Shown here piece after piece: positions 47,261 to 63,420 of a stretch of 64,000 nucleotides of DNA. Made by a program: the position numbers and the translations under genes. The notes under the pieces are model-generated. The model was not told the DNA's origin and ran no database searches. It saw only the letters and a program-made list of their open reading frames with translations. Numbering within the stretch: position 1 is the first letter of the stretch; every line of letters begins with the position of its first letter. Source of the stretch: the human T2T-CHM13v2.0 reference genome, Homo sapiens; assembly GCF_009914755.1 (NCBI RefSeq), contig NC_060928.1. One strand, 5' to 3'.

Positions 47261-47963
47261 GTTATTTATTTTTTCTTTTTTTGTAGAGACAGGGTCTTGC
47301 CATGTTGCCAAGGCTGTCCTGGAACTCCTGGCCTCAAGCAATCCTCCCACCACAGCCTCCCAAACCACTGGGATTTCAGGTGTGAGCCACCATGCCCAGC
47401 CTGGAATCTATTTTTAAAGCCAATCAAGTGTTGAATAAAATTGCAACTTGGGCTGTTTTTTCTTTGCATTTTTTACATTTCAATGGTTTTTAATATATTC
47501 AGAGATATACACAAACATTACCAGTCAATTTTAGAACATTTCATGACCTCAAAAAGAAACCTCATACCCTTTAGCTAACACCCCCATCCTCCCATGCCCC
47601 TACCAGCCCTAAGCAACCACTAATCGACTTCCTATTTCTATAGATTTCCATCAGAATGAAATCATGTAGAATGTGATCTTTCATCTGTTTTGAAGGTTCA
47701 TCCACGCTGTAGCGTATGTACTTTCCTCCCTTTTGTGACCAAATAATATTCCACCATGTGGGTAGACAACAATCGGTGTATCTCTTCATCTGGTGATGGG
47801 CATTTGGATTAATTCTCTCTTTGGGTTATTAGGAGTGATGCTACTGTAATTATTAATGTACAAAATTTTGTGTGGACCTGTGCTTTCATTTTTGAATATG
47901 AAAATATTGCACATCTCCAAGGAAGACATACAAGTGGCCAATAAGCACATGAAAAGATGCTCA

Positions 47964-48442
<479 letters not shown>

Positions 48443-49175
48443 TTAAAATGGTGTAGCCGCTGTGAGAAACACTTTAACAACTTCCCAAACAATTCTACAT
48501 AGAGTTACCAAATGACCCAGCAATTGTACTCCTAGATATAGGCCCAACTTGGGCTCTTTTAATCTATGGAAAATGAACTATGGGTACTTGGCAAGAACAA
48601 AGAGGGAGAGAGGCAGAAATGCTGCCATGAGGGCACATTGATTGGTCTCTAGTACACAGGGCTCCTACTGCAAATGGTCTCTAAATGACTTCATCAGTTG
48701 CTCAGAAAAAAAATCACCCTCTGCTCCAATCGTGGAGGAAGAAGTATGGATTGGACCTGGTGAGCCACGGTAAGACTGACTGCTAAACTTTATGAATGAT
48801 GAGGGGATTTGCACGTATAATCTTGACTGTACTAGATTTTTTATTTTATCCACTGTCTTTGAAAACCTAACTCTTAAGAACTGACTTTCCTGTACTTGTT
48901 GTTGACTCTAAGTAAATTTCCAATTCCACATAGTCCAAAGATGATATGCTGAGAAATCTCTCAAAGGAAAAATGCTAAGAATACAGGCAGAGTTATGCGG
49001 CAAATTTTGCAGAATTAACACAAATTGCACTTGTGGGTATGAAGCACAAAACATTTTCATGGGTAAAGAAAAAAGTGTTCTTCATTCTAGTAGACGCTGC
49101 AGGATGAGGCCGATCAAGGTGCCGGCCCAGCCAGACCTTGGGCTCTTACCTAATTTGTGTTAGAGTCAACTCTGA

Positions 49176-49556
<381 letters not shown>

Positions 49557-49686
49557 TAAACAGGAGACAGAAAGTGGGAACTCTGAAAGTAGCGAAGATT
49601 CCAGAATTGTGCATATTTCCCAGAGACTGTGGGCCAATTCCTCAGTCCTGCCAGAGTTTCTCTATCTCAACTCAAACATTATGTGT

Positions 49687-49984
49687 GGGCCCAGGCGCAG
49701 TGGCTCGCACCTGTAATCCCAAAACTTTAGGAGGCTGAGGTGGGCAGATCACTTGAGGCCAGGAGTTTGAGACCAGCCTGGCCAACATGGTGAAACCCTG
49801 TCTCTACTAAAAATACAAAAATTAGCCAGGCATGGTGGTGTGCACCTGTAGTCCCAGCTACTCAGGTGGCTGAGGCACAAGCATTGCTTGAACGCAGGAG
49901 GCGGAAGTTGCAGTGAGTCACCATTATGCCACTGTACTCTAGCCTAGGCAATAAAGGAAGACTGTCTCAAAAGAAAAAAAAAAA
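49687..49984 (+). mobile_element. Alu
   Basis: Sense dimer. Confidence 0.85.
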
Positions 49985-50423
49985 CCCATAAGTGTGGGCC
50001 TTGTTACAGAATTAATGTGTATATGGACAATATGTACATGGGTGTATGTTAAGAGCATGAGTCATCCACAAGATTTTAGCAAAGTCCATTGGGAAAGCTC
50101 AATGCTTTGGGCTTCCACTTGCTTTGCTGCCTCTGTCCTCAGAAGGAGGCTTCATCCTTCCATGTAACCAGCAAATCCTTTATGCAGAGATGTACACAAC
50201 ACACTCCTCTCCTTGGCTATGACACTTTGAAAGGGTCCTCTTGGTGGCCCCTGGTGCTCATTTCAGAGTAGTTCAAATTAGGGTGATCAGCTTTCATGCC
50301 AATCACTCTACAAATCACTCCTATTATGACCAATTTTTCTAAATGCTTTATTGAATTATTACTTAAAGAAATGTGCACATAGAAGAGGTCAACACAGTAC
50401 TTTTCTTACAAACTGAACATACT

Positions 50424-50750
<327 letters not shown>

Positions 50751-50884
50751 TTACTGACACCCAATTCAAGAAACAAAATATTACAGACCCTTCCAGGATA
50801 TTCCTGGGGTCTCTTCCATCGCTACTAACCCCTGACTACAAACAGCCTCCACCTATTTCACCTGACATTGTACTTTATGAAAGC

Positions 50885-51075
50885 AGCAGTTCTCAGATGG
50901 GGCTATTTTACCCCCAGGGGACATTAGGCAATATCTGGAGACACTGGTGGTTGTGTCTACTTGGGGGGAGTTGTGTTACTGCATCCAGTGAGTCCAGGGA
51001 TCCAGGGATGCCGCTCAACATCCTAAAATGCACAGGGAACCCCCACACATAGAACAGAGAAATTGCTGAGCCGAA
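50885..51075 (+). mobile_element. MER20-like hAT element
   Basis: CAGTTCTCA..CCCCAGGGGACATT.GGCAATATCTGGAGAC..CATCCTAAAATGCACAGG. Confidence 0.7.
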
Positions 51076-53944
51076 ATGTCAGCAGCGTCACAGCTGACAC
51101 CCTGACATACACACTATCACACAGTATCTGCTCTTTCGTGCTCAGGATCTTTTTCATTCTAATCATCTCATAGGAAACAGAAATGTCATTTAGAAGTAGG
51201 TAGAGTCCAAAACAAAGAAGATCCAGAGTTTTTTTTTTTTTTTTTAAATCAGAATGGTGCCTTTAGAGCTAGGATTTAGTTTCCATTCTTTCTGTCTCAT
51301 TTTCAAGTGATTTTTTCTTCAAATGGCATCTACTGGGCTCAAGAACCGGAGATCCCCACAAAGCTGAGATTCACATGGGAATTTTGTACACACCCACACA
51401 GGTATACACTGCCATTTACATGCAGACATCCACCCACAGATACACACATCCGGAGACCAAGACAGAAAGCAAACTCAACCATAAAAGCACGGTTCTCCGA
51501 ACAGGAGAAACGCACCATTCACTCCAGGGAGGTACCACCTATTTGTTTAATTCAGCCTCTGATAGTCAGGCTGTTGCCAAGCCCAGCTCTGAAAGTCTTC
51601 CCCTCTAGGAAAGAGAGATGGATTTTTTCTTTACTCAAGAATATAGATCTAAAAAAACCAAACACTTCTGCATCTCAAAGCAGGCTCTACCTCCTGAGCT
51701 ACACATATTGATCAGCATTTTACTGTCAATTTTCTTTTATTTGAATTCGAGAAAAATATAACTTAATTATGTTCTTACTGACAGTTTGGAATCAGTTACA
51801 CTAAATCCAATTCTCTGGGTTCTCATGATTAATGTGTTTAATTTGGGGGACAACAAAGCAAAAGCATTGGTCGTGTTTTAATATAATTAGTACAGGATAT
51901 ATCTAAGGGGTTGCAGTATCACTGTAGCAAGAAGCTCATTCTGCAGCAAAAGGGGGGTTCTGCCACTAGGAATGAGTTACGGTGGCTCATGGCTGCACCG
52001 TTTCATCAATGTCTCTTCAAGAGTCCATGGAATGTGGAATGGGAAAGACTGAAATAGTGCAAGTCTTGGCTAAGCTTCTATTAAGGGGTGTTAGGAGCTG
52101 ATAAAATAACCTGGTCTTTATAGACATCCCACACTGTAGTTCTCTAAGCTACAGATTCTCAGATTTTTCTGTTTTATAAACGAGTAAAAATATTTTTTTA
52201 ATTTGAGAACCAACATAAGGTTGCTATCTGTTTTTCTTTTGGGTAAGAAGAAACTTTTTTAAACTACCAGTTTCACACACACACACACACAGACATATAC
52301 ATAGAAATTCCAACATGATTTGTCAGAATAGGTGAGGTTTTGCTGCAATAACAAACAACTCCTAAATCTTGGTAACTTCAAACATCAGAAGTTGTTTTTC
52401 TCACTCATGCTACATCTGCAGGGAGGTATGGGGTGCTCTGTTTTCCATCAAACTTGCCCTAAGACTAAGGTTAATGGGGGTTGCAATACCTCGAGTATCA
52501 CCAAGCAGGGAACAGAGGGAGAAGAATGCTAGAGAGTCTTGTACTAAGAATTAAATGCTCTAGGCTAGAAGTCTAACATTGCACCTCTGCCCCCAGCCTC
52601 TTGGCCAGTACTAGCCACATCCCCTCCCCCACCACAGGGCAATGCATGAAGACAGGAGAATTGGATACATTACAAATTTCTACCCAGTGGCATTTCATAA
52701 AAGAGAAAAAAATGCAAATACAAAAATGTTTTAATAGAATAGAATATATACATTTTTAGAATAAAGAATAATCCTCCAAAAAGGACAGCTGGTGGTCTTT
52801 CAACAATGGGCACATTTCTGTGACATTTTGTTTTTCCATTTTATCCTTGACCTATGAACATTTTATACAGATGGTCCAAAGAACACCATTTGGGGACCAC
52901 TGCTCTAATCAGGTGATGAAAACGGCCCCAAGAACAGAGCACAGTCTCTTTAGCAAAGACCCGGCAGGGCCAGGGTGACCATGTTCTCACCATCAATGTG
53001 CAGACATCCACCTGCAGCATCCTCACATCCCAACATCAAACAGTGGCTCTTTATATCTTGATTCTAATGCCCTTTGATCTTCATAATCATTGTAAAGCTC
53101 TCTGGCCCCAAGATCTAACAACGCCACTCTAGCTACATCATGCAACTCTTCACCTCTCCTGCCTCCTCATCCCTCTAAACTTCTCTTCACAACCTCATGT
53201 TTCCTTCTTGCTTTACCTTCCTGCTCACCCTGGACCTTACAGTCACCTTCTTCTTGTAATGTGCTCCTGAACTCGTTCTTCCCTTCCTTCAACCACACCC
53301 ACCTGGAAAATCTCCATACCCCATTGATGACTTGCCTCGCAACTGCCCAAGGGCTGCTGAATGATACTGGAAAGAATCACAACGTGGATCTGGTAGTTCC
53401 ACTAAATAATCTCACCATCCAACTCTAGGGTAGACTTCACTTCTGTTCAGCAATATGTTTAAGCATCACAAATAAATTCCAAACCATATTTGCTATAACA
53501 ATTGACTTTAAACCTCTTCCATATCTCAAAGCCCCCCAAACCCATCCCTAGGGGTTTCAGAGCCCAGAGTTGAGTTCTCTCAACTCACTTCCATCTCACC
53601 CCTAGATCACTGTATCTTGACCCTCTTCCTCTGCCTTTCCCAACTTATAAGGAGAAGCATCCTTCTCCATTCCCAAGTTACCTTCTCCACTTGTGCCTCA
53701 TTTGAGACCTGCCTTTATCACCCGTTCCCTTGGAACTCCCATGACCCACCACCTTCACTTGTCATTTCACTCATAAATATTATGTACCTTGTATGTGCCA
53801 GGTGCTTAACATATAATCATGCTTAAGTCTCCACATGCTAACAAGAAAAACCTTGATTATCCCTGCTATGCCCTCAAGTCATTACCCTCCCCGCTCCTTT
53901 CCTGTGTTCCCAAACTTTGTTGATCATCATCAAACCCTCTGATG

Positions 53945-54093
53945 CAGATGGCTCCGAAGTTTGCATCCTATTAGGTTGGTGCAAAAGTAATTGCGGATTT
54001 TGCCATTAAAAGTAACGGCAAAAACAGCAATTATTTTTGTACCAGCCTAGTATCTTTTCTCCTTCTACCAAACTTTGTCCCTGAGACATCTCA
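53945..54093 (+). ncRNA. MIR548I: MIR548I-type precursor; mature miR-548i sequence at 53983-54004
   Basis: Contains AAAAGTAATTGCGGATTTTGCC (recalled miR-548i) in a palindromic MADE1; flanks match the recalled 149-nt precursor. Paralog number and expression unknown. Confidence 0.75.
53971..54050. mobile_element. MADE1 (Hsmar1 MITE), 80 bp, TA TSD
   Basis: TA|TTAGGTTGGTGCAAAAGTAATTGC...GCAATTATTTTTGTACCAGCCTAG|TA inverted repeat. Confidence 0.93.
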
Positions 54094-54218
54094 TCACCTA
54101 TAACTACCTCCTCCATGCAGTTGATTCCCAGATCTGTATTATTCTACTGGAAGTCCATTCTCCAATTTTCTCGGCTAGAATGACAGAAGCCCAATTAGAA
54201 TTCATGCTACCAGTTTAC

Positions 54219-54272
54219 CACCACCACCACCACCACCACCACCACCACCACCACCACCACCACCACCACCAC
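54219..54272. repeat. (CAC)18 microsatellite
   Basis: Direct reading; uninterrupted. Confidence 0.95.
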
Positions 54273-54662
54273 CGTCGCCCTGCCATTGTTAGCACAACCA
54301 TCTCTTGAGTGGAGCTCAAAGATTTGTAATCCGCCACTCCCCAGAAAGATAACTTCAGACTCAGCCAAGAAGTAAAGATCCTCCAGATATGGCCTCAACT
54401 ACCCTCCAACCCATGTCCCCAGTGCATCCCGTTGATGCCCCCTTCAGTGGAGTTAAAATGGAGTGAGTGTTTTTCTTTTCACATACTCCTGGTGTTCTTC
54501 CACAAATACAATTTTCACCTCTTGAATATTTTCAAGGATTCTCCATGCTACACACAGTGAAATCCAAACTCCCCACCAGGACCCCAGTCTTCCCAAACCC
54601 TCTTTGCACTTTTCTGCCTCCATGCTTTTCCTTGGGTCATCCTCTTCTCTAATATAACCTTG

Positions 54663-55120
54663 TGTATTATTCTAGATTCTCCAGAGAAAGAGCAGAGAGA
54701 TAGAGGTAGAGCTACACACATAGAGAGAGACAGATTGATTTGTTGTAAGGGATGGCTCACATGGTTATGGAGGCTAAGGAGTCCTGGAGTCTGCAGTCAG
54801 CAAGCTGGAGACCCAAGACGGCCAATGATATAGTTCCAACTCGAGTCCACATCTAAATTCAGGAGAAGATTGATGTCCCAGCTCAAATATAATCAGGTAA
54901 AAAGAGCAAATTCTCTGTGACTCTACCTTTTTGTTTTCTTCAGGCCTTCAGTGGATTGGATGAGGCTCACCCACATTGGGGAGGACAATCTGCTTTATTC
55001 AGTCTACCAATTAAGGGTTATCCTTATCCAGAATACCTCAGAGTCACACCCAGAATAATGTGTAGCCAAATATCTGGGCACCCAACAACCCAGTCAAATT
55101 GATACATAACACTAACCATC
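54663..55120 (-). mobile_element. MLT2-type (ERVL) LTR
   Basis: TTCTCCAGAGAAA, TTATGGAGGCT, GATTGGATGAGGCTCACCCACATTGGGGAGG, ACACCCAGAATAATG. Confidence 0.7.
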
Positions 55121-55487
55121 ATGTCTTGCTTCTACTCTCTCCCCATTACTGCATGGCCAAATCCTTCCCTTATTTCAAGGCTTAGTTCAAATGTTACCTC
55201 TTAACTAAGCCTTCCCTGCTAACCCCAAATATTAATAGAATTGGTGTCTCCCTTCTCTGATGTCTCAAAATATGTTGTGTTTCTCTTTTACTGTATTTAT
55301 TACAAACTCCCTTATAAATCAAGACAGTGATTCCCAGATAAATTATCAAAAGAGTATAAAAGAAGTCTTCTTTGAGTGTGAAATATCTCATGGAATATAG
55401 CACATGGCGTCTTCATGAAGAAACTACTGGGAGAGAAGACAAACTGGAAGAGGCCAGGGAAAGGGGGTTAGTAAAAAGCACAATGAG

Positions 55488-55795
55488 GCTGGGCTCATAC
55501 AGTGGCTCACACCTGTAATCCCCAGCACTTTGGGAGCCCAAGGCCTGTGGATCACGAAGTCAGGAGATCAAGACCATCCTGGCTAACACGGTGAAACCCC
55601 GTCTCTACTAAAAATACAAAAAAGTTAGCCAGGCATGGAGGCGGGCGCCTGTAGTCCCAGCTACTCGGGAGGCTGAGAAGGAGAATGGTGTGAACCCGGG
55701 AGGCAGAGCTTGCAGTGAGCCGAGATCGCACCACTGCACTCAAGCCTGGGTGACAGAGCAAGACTCCATCTTAAAAAAAAAAAAAAAAAAAAAAA
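55488..55795 (+). mobile_element. AluY-type element
   Basis: CCATCCTGGCTAACACGGTG, GAGCTTGCAGTGAGCCGAGATCG; TSD-like AAGCACAATGA. Confidence 0.85.
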
Positions 55796-56237
55796 GGAAG
55801 CACAATGAAATGTCAGTGGATGGGTGCCCATCATTTCTAAGGGAAATAGAATATAATCCAAGAATTTTATAGCCAGCTAAATTATTGCCCAATCAAAATA
55901 GACAAAAGACACTATCACATGCTGAAGAACTTAAAGAACACAGTATTTCTGAGCTCTTTAAAAAGAAAAGTCTTCATAATAAAATTTAGTCAGCCAAGAA
56001 ATTAAAAAATAAGCAACTTGTGAACTGAATGACCATGAAAAAAGGCTAGTGATAGGACTATGATTGCAGAACAGAAAGAGAAGGTGTCAACCTTAACAAC
56101 ATAAAACAACCTAGAAATAACTAGTTTCCAGAGGTAAAGGGAGGGACTGTAGGAAGTAGAAGTGCTAATGCCCTTTATTAAGTCAATTAATCAGGTCTAA
56201 AATTGCAACGTGATTTTAAATATATAACTTCTTGTTT

Positions 56238-56455
56238 ATTTTCCTCCCTAACTACCTGAGGATCAACCACCATCATGAATGACACAGTAACTACCTGGAC
56301 CAGGAAGTTCATGACCAATCGACCGCTCCAGAGGAAACAAATGGTCACCAATGTCCTTCACCCTGGAAAGGAAACAAAATGTACAAGACCACAATGGATG
56401 TCATCTTCATATTAATAGTTGGACTCAGAACCCATTTTGGTGGTGGTTAAACAAT
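56238..56455 (+). pseudogene. RPS24: RPS24 processed pseudogene, 5' fragment
   Basis: ATG 56275 [32 protein letters not shown], internal deletion, KMYKTT.DVIF..RTHFGGG; truncated at an Alu (56467-56720, minus). Confidence 0.9.
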
Positions 56456-57259
56456 CGTCACTCACATTGGAGTGCAGTGGTACGATCTCAGGTCCCCAAA
56501 TCTCTGCCTCCCAGGCTTAAGCAATTCTCCTGCCTCAGCCTCCCCCGTAGCTGGGATTACGGGCACGCACCACTACTGCCTGGCTAATTTTTATATTTTT
56601 AGTAGAGATGGGGTTTCACCTTGTTGGCCAGGCTGGTCTTGAACTCCTGACATCAAATGATCCACCCGCCTTGGCCTCCCAAAGTGCTAAGATTACAGGC
56701 ATGAGTCACCGCGCCCAGCCTTTTCTGTATTAAATTTTTTAAAACACAACATTTAAAATAATCAAGTCATTCTTTTGGAATCTACTTTGTATTATAGGTA
56801 TCCAAATACTCACCTATTCTCTCTCACATGATGACAAACTCGTTGAAATGTCATTCAGTTTTGTGGCTCCAGCCCCAGGGATTCTGACTCTGATTCTAAA
56901 GGGCCTGCATGCAGAGTGAGCAAGCTGCCTGGATGATTCTCTTACAGGTGTTTTAAGGGCAGCAGTTTGAGACACCCTGATGCAAAAGAACGAACGCTCA
57001 AGGAAGTTGGCTGTACATGTATTTTCCTTCCTAGCACAGGAAACGACAGAAAGATTATCCAATCAGTACCACTCATAGCACCTGATTATATGTGCATGAG
57101 GAATTCAGAAATGGTTTGATCAAGGTTGAAGACCTAAAAAGAAGCTTTTCTCTCGGACACCAAGTCCCCATCTTATGCGTGGTTGAGTTAGTAGAAAATG
57201 AGGATGATGTTTCTTCCTCCAGCATTGGTATCCTATGGTTTTTGTTGTTCAGTAAATGA

Positions 57260-57619
<360 letters not shown>

Positions 57620-58616
57620 CCTCACTTACACTTTTACAGAAGATCTGATCATACCCACTCTGCAGAAGTCAGAATGACCCCCACGTGGTGTTAAACGGGA
57701 GTGAAAACTTGAGTTCAATCAACTGAGAGTGACACAGAAACATTTCCCCCAAAACGCTTTTGGCAGCTCTGCTGATCCATAACCTGGCTCCATTTCAGGG
57801 CAAGACCTCCACTTAAGCTGCACTGGCTTCCACTAGAGTAAATCACATTAACTCATGGCAAACACAACTGAAGGGCAAAAAGATTCTTTTTAAAAGGATT
57901 TTAGTCTCTCACTTACCAACACACGCTGGCCTCCCTAGAGCCTGACTCCATTTAGCACCTGTTCCACTGAGCACCCACTGAAAGCTCAGCTTATGAGCTG
58001 AGATGACCCAGACATCAAGGAGTTTACAATCCAGGGGAAGAACAGACCTGAATACAAGTGATGACAATACAAGACGGAGTCAAATAGCCCAACTTGAAGT
58101 TTCAGCAAAATAGCACCAAAGACTAGTTCCCAACCCAGCTCCCAGAGCCAGAGCCAGAGCCAGGCTGGCTGCATGAGATCAGCTGGGAGCTTTTGCAAAC
58201 CTACGTCCTAGCTGAGCCCCTAATCATGACTGGCAGTCACTGGGAGTGAACTCCAGGAACTGGTTTATTTAATAAGCACCCACACACACACACGATTCTG
58301 CTGTTCCTAAGGGTTGTAGAAACATGGAACTATAGAAAACACTAAAAAAAAAAAGGCACTAAAACAAACCTATAAATATTCACTACCATCCCAGGCATCA
58401 TGAGGACACTCCACGTGCACTATTTACAATACTTAGAATAACCTGCAAGGGAAGCATTCATTCATGACGATGGGCTTTATCGGGAACAGAGCCAGCCCTG
58501 GGAATGTTTGAACCTGCGCTGAAGGTCACCCCCTCCTCCCCACAGGAGGGGGCTAACATTGAGGATCAGGGGCCAGATGGGAAATGGAGTGTCCTTTTAT
58601 TATGAGACCACAGTGA

Positions 58617-58913
<297 letters not shown>

Positions 58914-59343
58914 TCAGACTTTCAAGTAAAGCCACAATGGACCACAGAGCTTAGACATCAGGGCTAACATGGAATCTCTGTCATTAAATCTTGAGATCTT
59001 ATTATCTTTGCCCAAAGAAAAAAATAATCGCAATTGACATTTTGAGGACAAGACATCTGAATGTAAACTTGATCTTAGAGGATATTAAGGAATTACTGGT
59101 AATTTGATTAGGTATGACAATGATCATATAAAAAATGCCCTCATGTTTTTAGAGGGAAGGTAAATTATGTAGGGGTGAATATCAGGATGCAATTACATAA
59201 CTACTGTAAACTATTTTGTAAATACTTCAGAAAAACAAATGGAGTAAATATTGCAAATGTTAATAGTTTTTAAATCTATATGATGGGTATATGATAGCTC
59301 ATTAAACTAGTCTGTCTACTTTTATGTTTATTGAAAAGTTTTC

Positions 59344-59375
<32 letters not shown>

Positions 59376-59379
59376 CCTT

Positions 59380-59684
59380 GGCCAGGCACAGCAGCTCATG
59401 CCTGTAATCTCAGCACTTTGAGAGGCCGAGGTGGATGGAGGACTGCTTGAGCCCAGGAGTTTGAGACCAGCCTAGGCAACATGGTGAAACCTCATCTCTA
59501 CAAAAAAATAGACAAATTAGTCAGGCATGGTGGTGTGCACCTGCAGTCCCAGCTACTCGGGAGGCTGAGGTGGGAGGATCACCTGAGCCCAGAAGGTCAA
59601 GGCTGCAGTGAGCCAAGGTCACGCCTCTGCACTCCAGCCTGGGAGACAGACCCTGTCTCAAACAAACAAACAAGCAAACAAAAA
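59380..59684 (+). mobile_element. AluJ-type element, preceded by (AAT)n at 59345-59371
   Basis: Sense dimer; TSD-like AAAAACC. Confidence 0.85.
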
Positions 59685-60561
59685 CCCTCTTGATCCCATT
59701 TCCCAAAAAAGTGATTTTTTTGAGATCTTACCATCTCCTGGCTTGGTGCAGAGTACAGGAAATCCAGACAAAGTACAGCACACAAGGAATAAGGAGGGAG
59801 GGAAGCGTCGGGGAGGCTGACACTGTGGACTCTCCCAGCTCAGTTGACCCATGAGCCTTGCTTCACGGAAGAAAGGAATGGAAGATGAATCATGCCTTTC
59901 ACACACAGTGACCGTCCTCACTAGTAAATGTGCCTGCAGAAGTGTCCAAGAACTCAGTGCCAGAGCCAGGCTGGCTGCATGAGAATCACCTGAGAGCTTT
60001 TGCAAACATAGGTCCCTGCTGGGTCCAAATGCATTCATTCATCTCTTTGAGAGGAGAAGAGAGGCAGAACAAGGAAAAGGATGGGAAGAAACCAGCCTTG
60101 TGCACAGGGGGATGCTAGGATTCCTCCTGCAAGTTTAGCGCAATGCAGCCTATTTTACACGGTCACACAAGCTCAGAGAGGTAAACCTGCCCAGGTTCTA
60201 GCTTGTAACTGGCAAAACCCGCCCAAATCTCTGTCTCCAGAGATATTTCCACTTGCTTCAATTCTGGAGCTGTCTTAGTTGTAAAGATGACAGATTCCAC
60301 TCATCACTCACGTTTGTTTGCAGATATTGCCTAAAGTCCCTTGTGAATATTTAGGTCAGGGCTGTTTTTTTGAGTTTTTTGTTTGTTTGTTTGCTTCTTG
60401 TTTTTTTAACAAAGCAATCTTGTGGAAAGAACCCAAAGTGGCTCCCCCATTTAAGACCCTGTAAACAGGGAGACGAGAGTCCTGGTCTGGTTTCCACACC
60501 TTCCTTAGATTTCCCTGTGTGTAAAATCCAACAACAATCTTTGACAAATTGCCTCCCCTAG

Positions 60562-60895
<334 letters not shown>

Positions 60896-61539
60896 AATTT
60901 GCTAATTTTTTTTTAATAGACAGCTTCGAGGTCCAGTATGAGTTCACAGATTAGGAAACATCACAGGCAAAGAAGAACACTTTGCATTCAAATAGCAGAA
61001 TGTTTTCATTTTCAAAGAGCTCTCACCTGCCATCTAATCTTGTCTTCCTAGCAGTCCTGAGAGAGAAGCAGAGTGGTTTCCAATCCCACTTTCCAGAAGA
61101 AGAGACTGAGGCAGAGGCTTTGCAGATACACAGAGGACATGTGAGGACAGGTGAAGGTCATGATCATTGTCAGCCCCCTCCCCCAACTGGACATTCCCAA
61201 ATCTGGTGGACTTCCAGCCAGTGGAGACAGAAAGACTGGATCACTCAACTCTGCCATGGGTGCCAGGACCCAATTTTTCCCTGGCTAACTCGGTCACCTC
61301 CTGTCTGGGATCTCCAACTACTACGCATCCCAGAAGTCTCAGCTAAAACAGCAATTCAACGGGGAACTTTTTTCTGAGGCTCCAGGATTGGGCCAGGCCC
61401 TCTCCATGGCTTTCTGCCCTTCCCCTACTGCAGAACTTAGCACCTGTATGTCACTTTTGGTTAAACATGTGCTTTTCGTATGCTCTCCATGTTATCTGCA
61501 GCATCTGCCAAGAATAATAATGAATGGTAAAACCTAATC

Positions 61540-61750
61540 TCTATTGAGTGTCGATGATGCACTTTTAACGTGACATCTTATTTAATCTTCACTATATCTG
61601 CAAGAGTAGAAGCTATTAATAGCCAGTTTTCAGATAAGAAAATCAAAGCACAGTTTCTATAACTTACCCAAGCAGCTAGCTAGGAGGCAGCTCAATTTGA
61701 GCCCAGGGAATCAGTTTCCAGAAACCATGTTCTCAATTACTAGAGCAGAT
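61540..61750 (-). mobile_element. MIR
   Basis: TTTTCAGATAAGAAAATCAAAGCACAG..AACTTACCCAAG core. Confidence 0.6.
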
Positions 61751-61814
61751 ACCTCCCCAGAATCTAGTAGGTGGTTAATGAGTCTTTGTGGAATAAATGA
61801 ACAGAAGGACAAGC

Positions 61815-62245
61815 AGTGGATGGATACATGGGTGGGTGGGTGGATAGATGGGTGTATGGAAAGATGGGTGGGTGGGCAGGTGGATGAATGAATGGATGGT
61901 TGAGTCGGTGAACAGATGGCTGAGTGGGTGGAGAAATGGATGAGTGGGTGAGGGGGTGGAGGGATAGATAAATGGATGCACGGGTGGGTGGATAGATGGG
62001 TAGATGAGTGAATGGGTGGATAGATGCATGGGTGAGTGGTTGGATAGATGGGTTGGTGTGTGAGTAGGTGGATGATAGCTGGGTGCATAAGAGAGTGGGT
62101 TGGATGGATAGATGGGTGGGTGGGTGGGTGGATAGATGGGTAGGTGGGTGGATGGATGTATGCATGTCTGGATGGATGGATGGATGGATGGATGGATGGA
62201 TGGACGGATGGATGGAAGGAATGGTGGATGGATGGACGGACAGAT
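61815..62245. repeat. Degenerate (GGAT/GGGT)n simple repeat
   Basis: Direct reading; purest at 62168-62212. Confidence 0.92.
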
Positions 62246-63289
62246 TAACAGATGGACTTGAGCATTTATTCAGGGTCCTCCAAAGAATTGAGTGATTTTC
62301 TAGGGTGTGTCATCACCTGCAGGTGGATGGGCAAGGGGGCTTGCCTCTGTAATACTCATGATTATGGGTAGTGCTCAGCCTTAGTCGCCACTCTCGGAAC
62401 ACTTTATTGACTAGGAAAGTCAAAACTGGCATTGACAACTAGTGCAAATTACAGCTAAAACTAACAGAAGATGTTGAGTGATGACAGCTGGGCAACAAAT
62501 AATCAATAATTTGGCTGTGTCATGTTGCTGCCATGCTGGACAGGTAGAGCCACGGGTTCCTTGATCCCGCCATCACATTGAGGATGCTTATCAAGACTTC
62601 CCCAACCATGGGGACAGGGATCTTATCAAATACTTGCAGTTCACCCCAAAAGGCTCACCCTCTTCGTTCCACCTGCACATGACCTTCAGCTCAAAGACAT
62701 TTCCAGTCCTCCAGGTCAGCCCTTCTTCCAGCCTTTGAATTAACTCTGATGACTGCCTGCCCATTAGGTGTCTTCAACTTTCATCACACAGCCTTTTCCA
62801 AGGCTTTCCTTCAGTCCAGCCCTCACCAAACGTTGGAACTGTTGTTGACAAAATCCAGAACAAGCTGGCTGGGGGATACAGGTGGGAAGCAGGCTGTAGT
62901 AATGCGGAAAAATTCTAAGCAATCTCGAACACATAAAAGAAACTGAACAGGTAAGAGAGAGGCACTCAAGAGAAGAAGTGTGAATTTTGCATAACTGAAG
63001 GTGAAGAAGAGCGGGGGGCATGGCAGACCACAAGATAAATATGATATAGACTCCTTTTTAAAAAAGTATAAACACCCACACTTTCCTACAGACAACTGTG
63101 CTTCAAATATTGCTAAGGTCTTTACTAAAGGCGAGTCAGAAAAACTGAGTATTTTATGCAATACAGTAAGAAGGCCCATAGGCAAGCATGTTCCTGACAC
63201 CACCTTCTAGGATAACACCTGGGATTCTGGTTACACCTGTCCTAAAGTTGTCTCTCACTCCTGCTGTTGGAGAGCTACCATGAGAGAAG

Positions 63290-63420
63290 AACCATAGTGA
63301 AGTGGTTAAGAGTGTGCACCCAGCGACCAGCCAGATGGCTTCAAACCATCACTATCTAATACCGAGCAAGTTACAGAATGTTTCTGAGCCTCAACTTTCT
63401 CATCTGTAAAATGGGTATGC
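63290..63420 (+). mobile_element. MIR, followed by an L2-like fragment to ~63810
   Basis: AGTGGTTAAGAG...CTGAGCCTCAACTTTCTCATCTGTAAAATGGG. Confidence 0.65.

Noticed and set aside
54075-54398. Poly-His and poly-Val ORFs
   Set aside because: Frames through (CAC)18; no homology or exon support.
61711-62295. His/Pro- and Trp/Met-rich ORFs
   Set aside because: Products of the (GGAT/GGGT)n simple repeat.
62700-62960. Possible exon ending at CAG|GTAAGA (~62950); a similar donor on minus at ~56813
   Set aside because: Isolated splice-like motifs without recognisable coding or transcript evidence.
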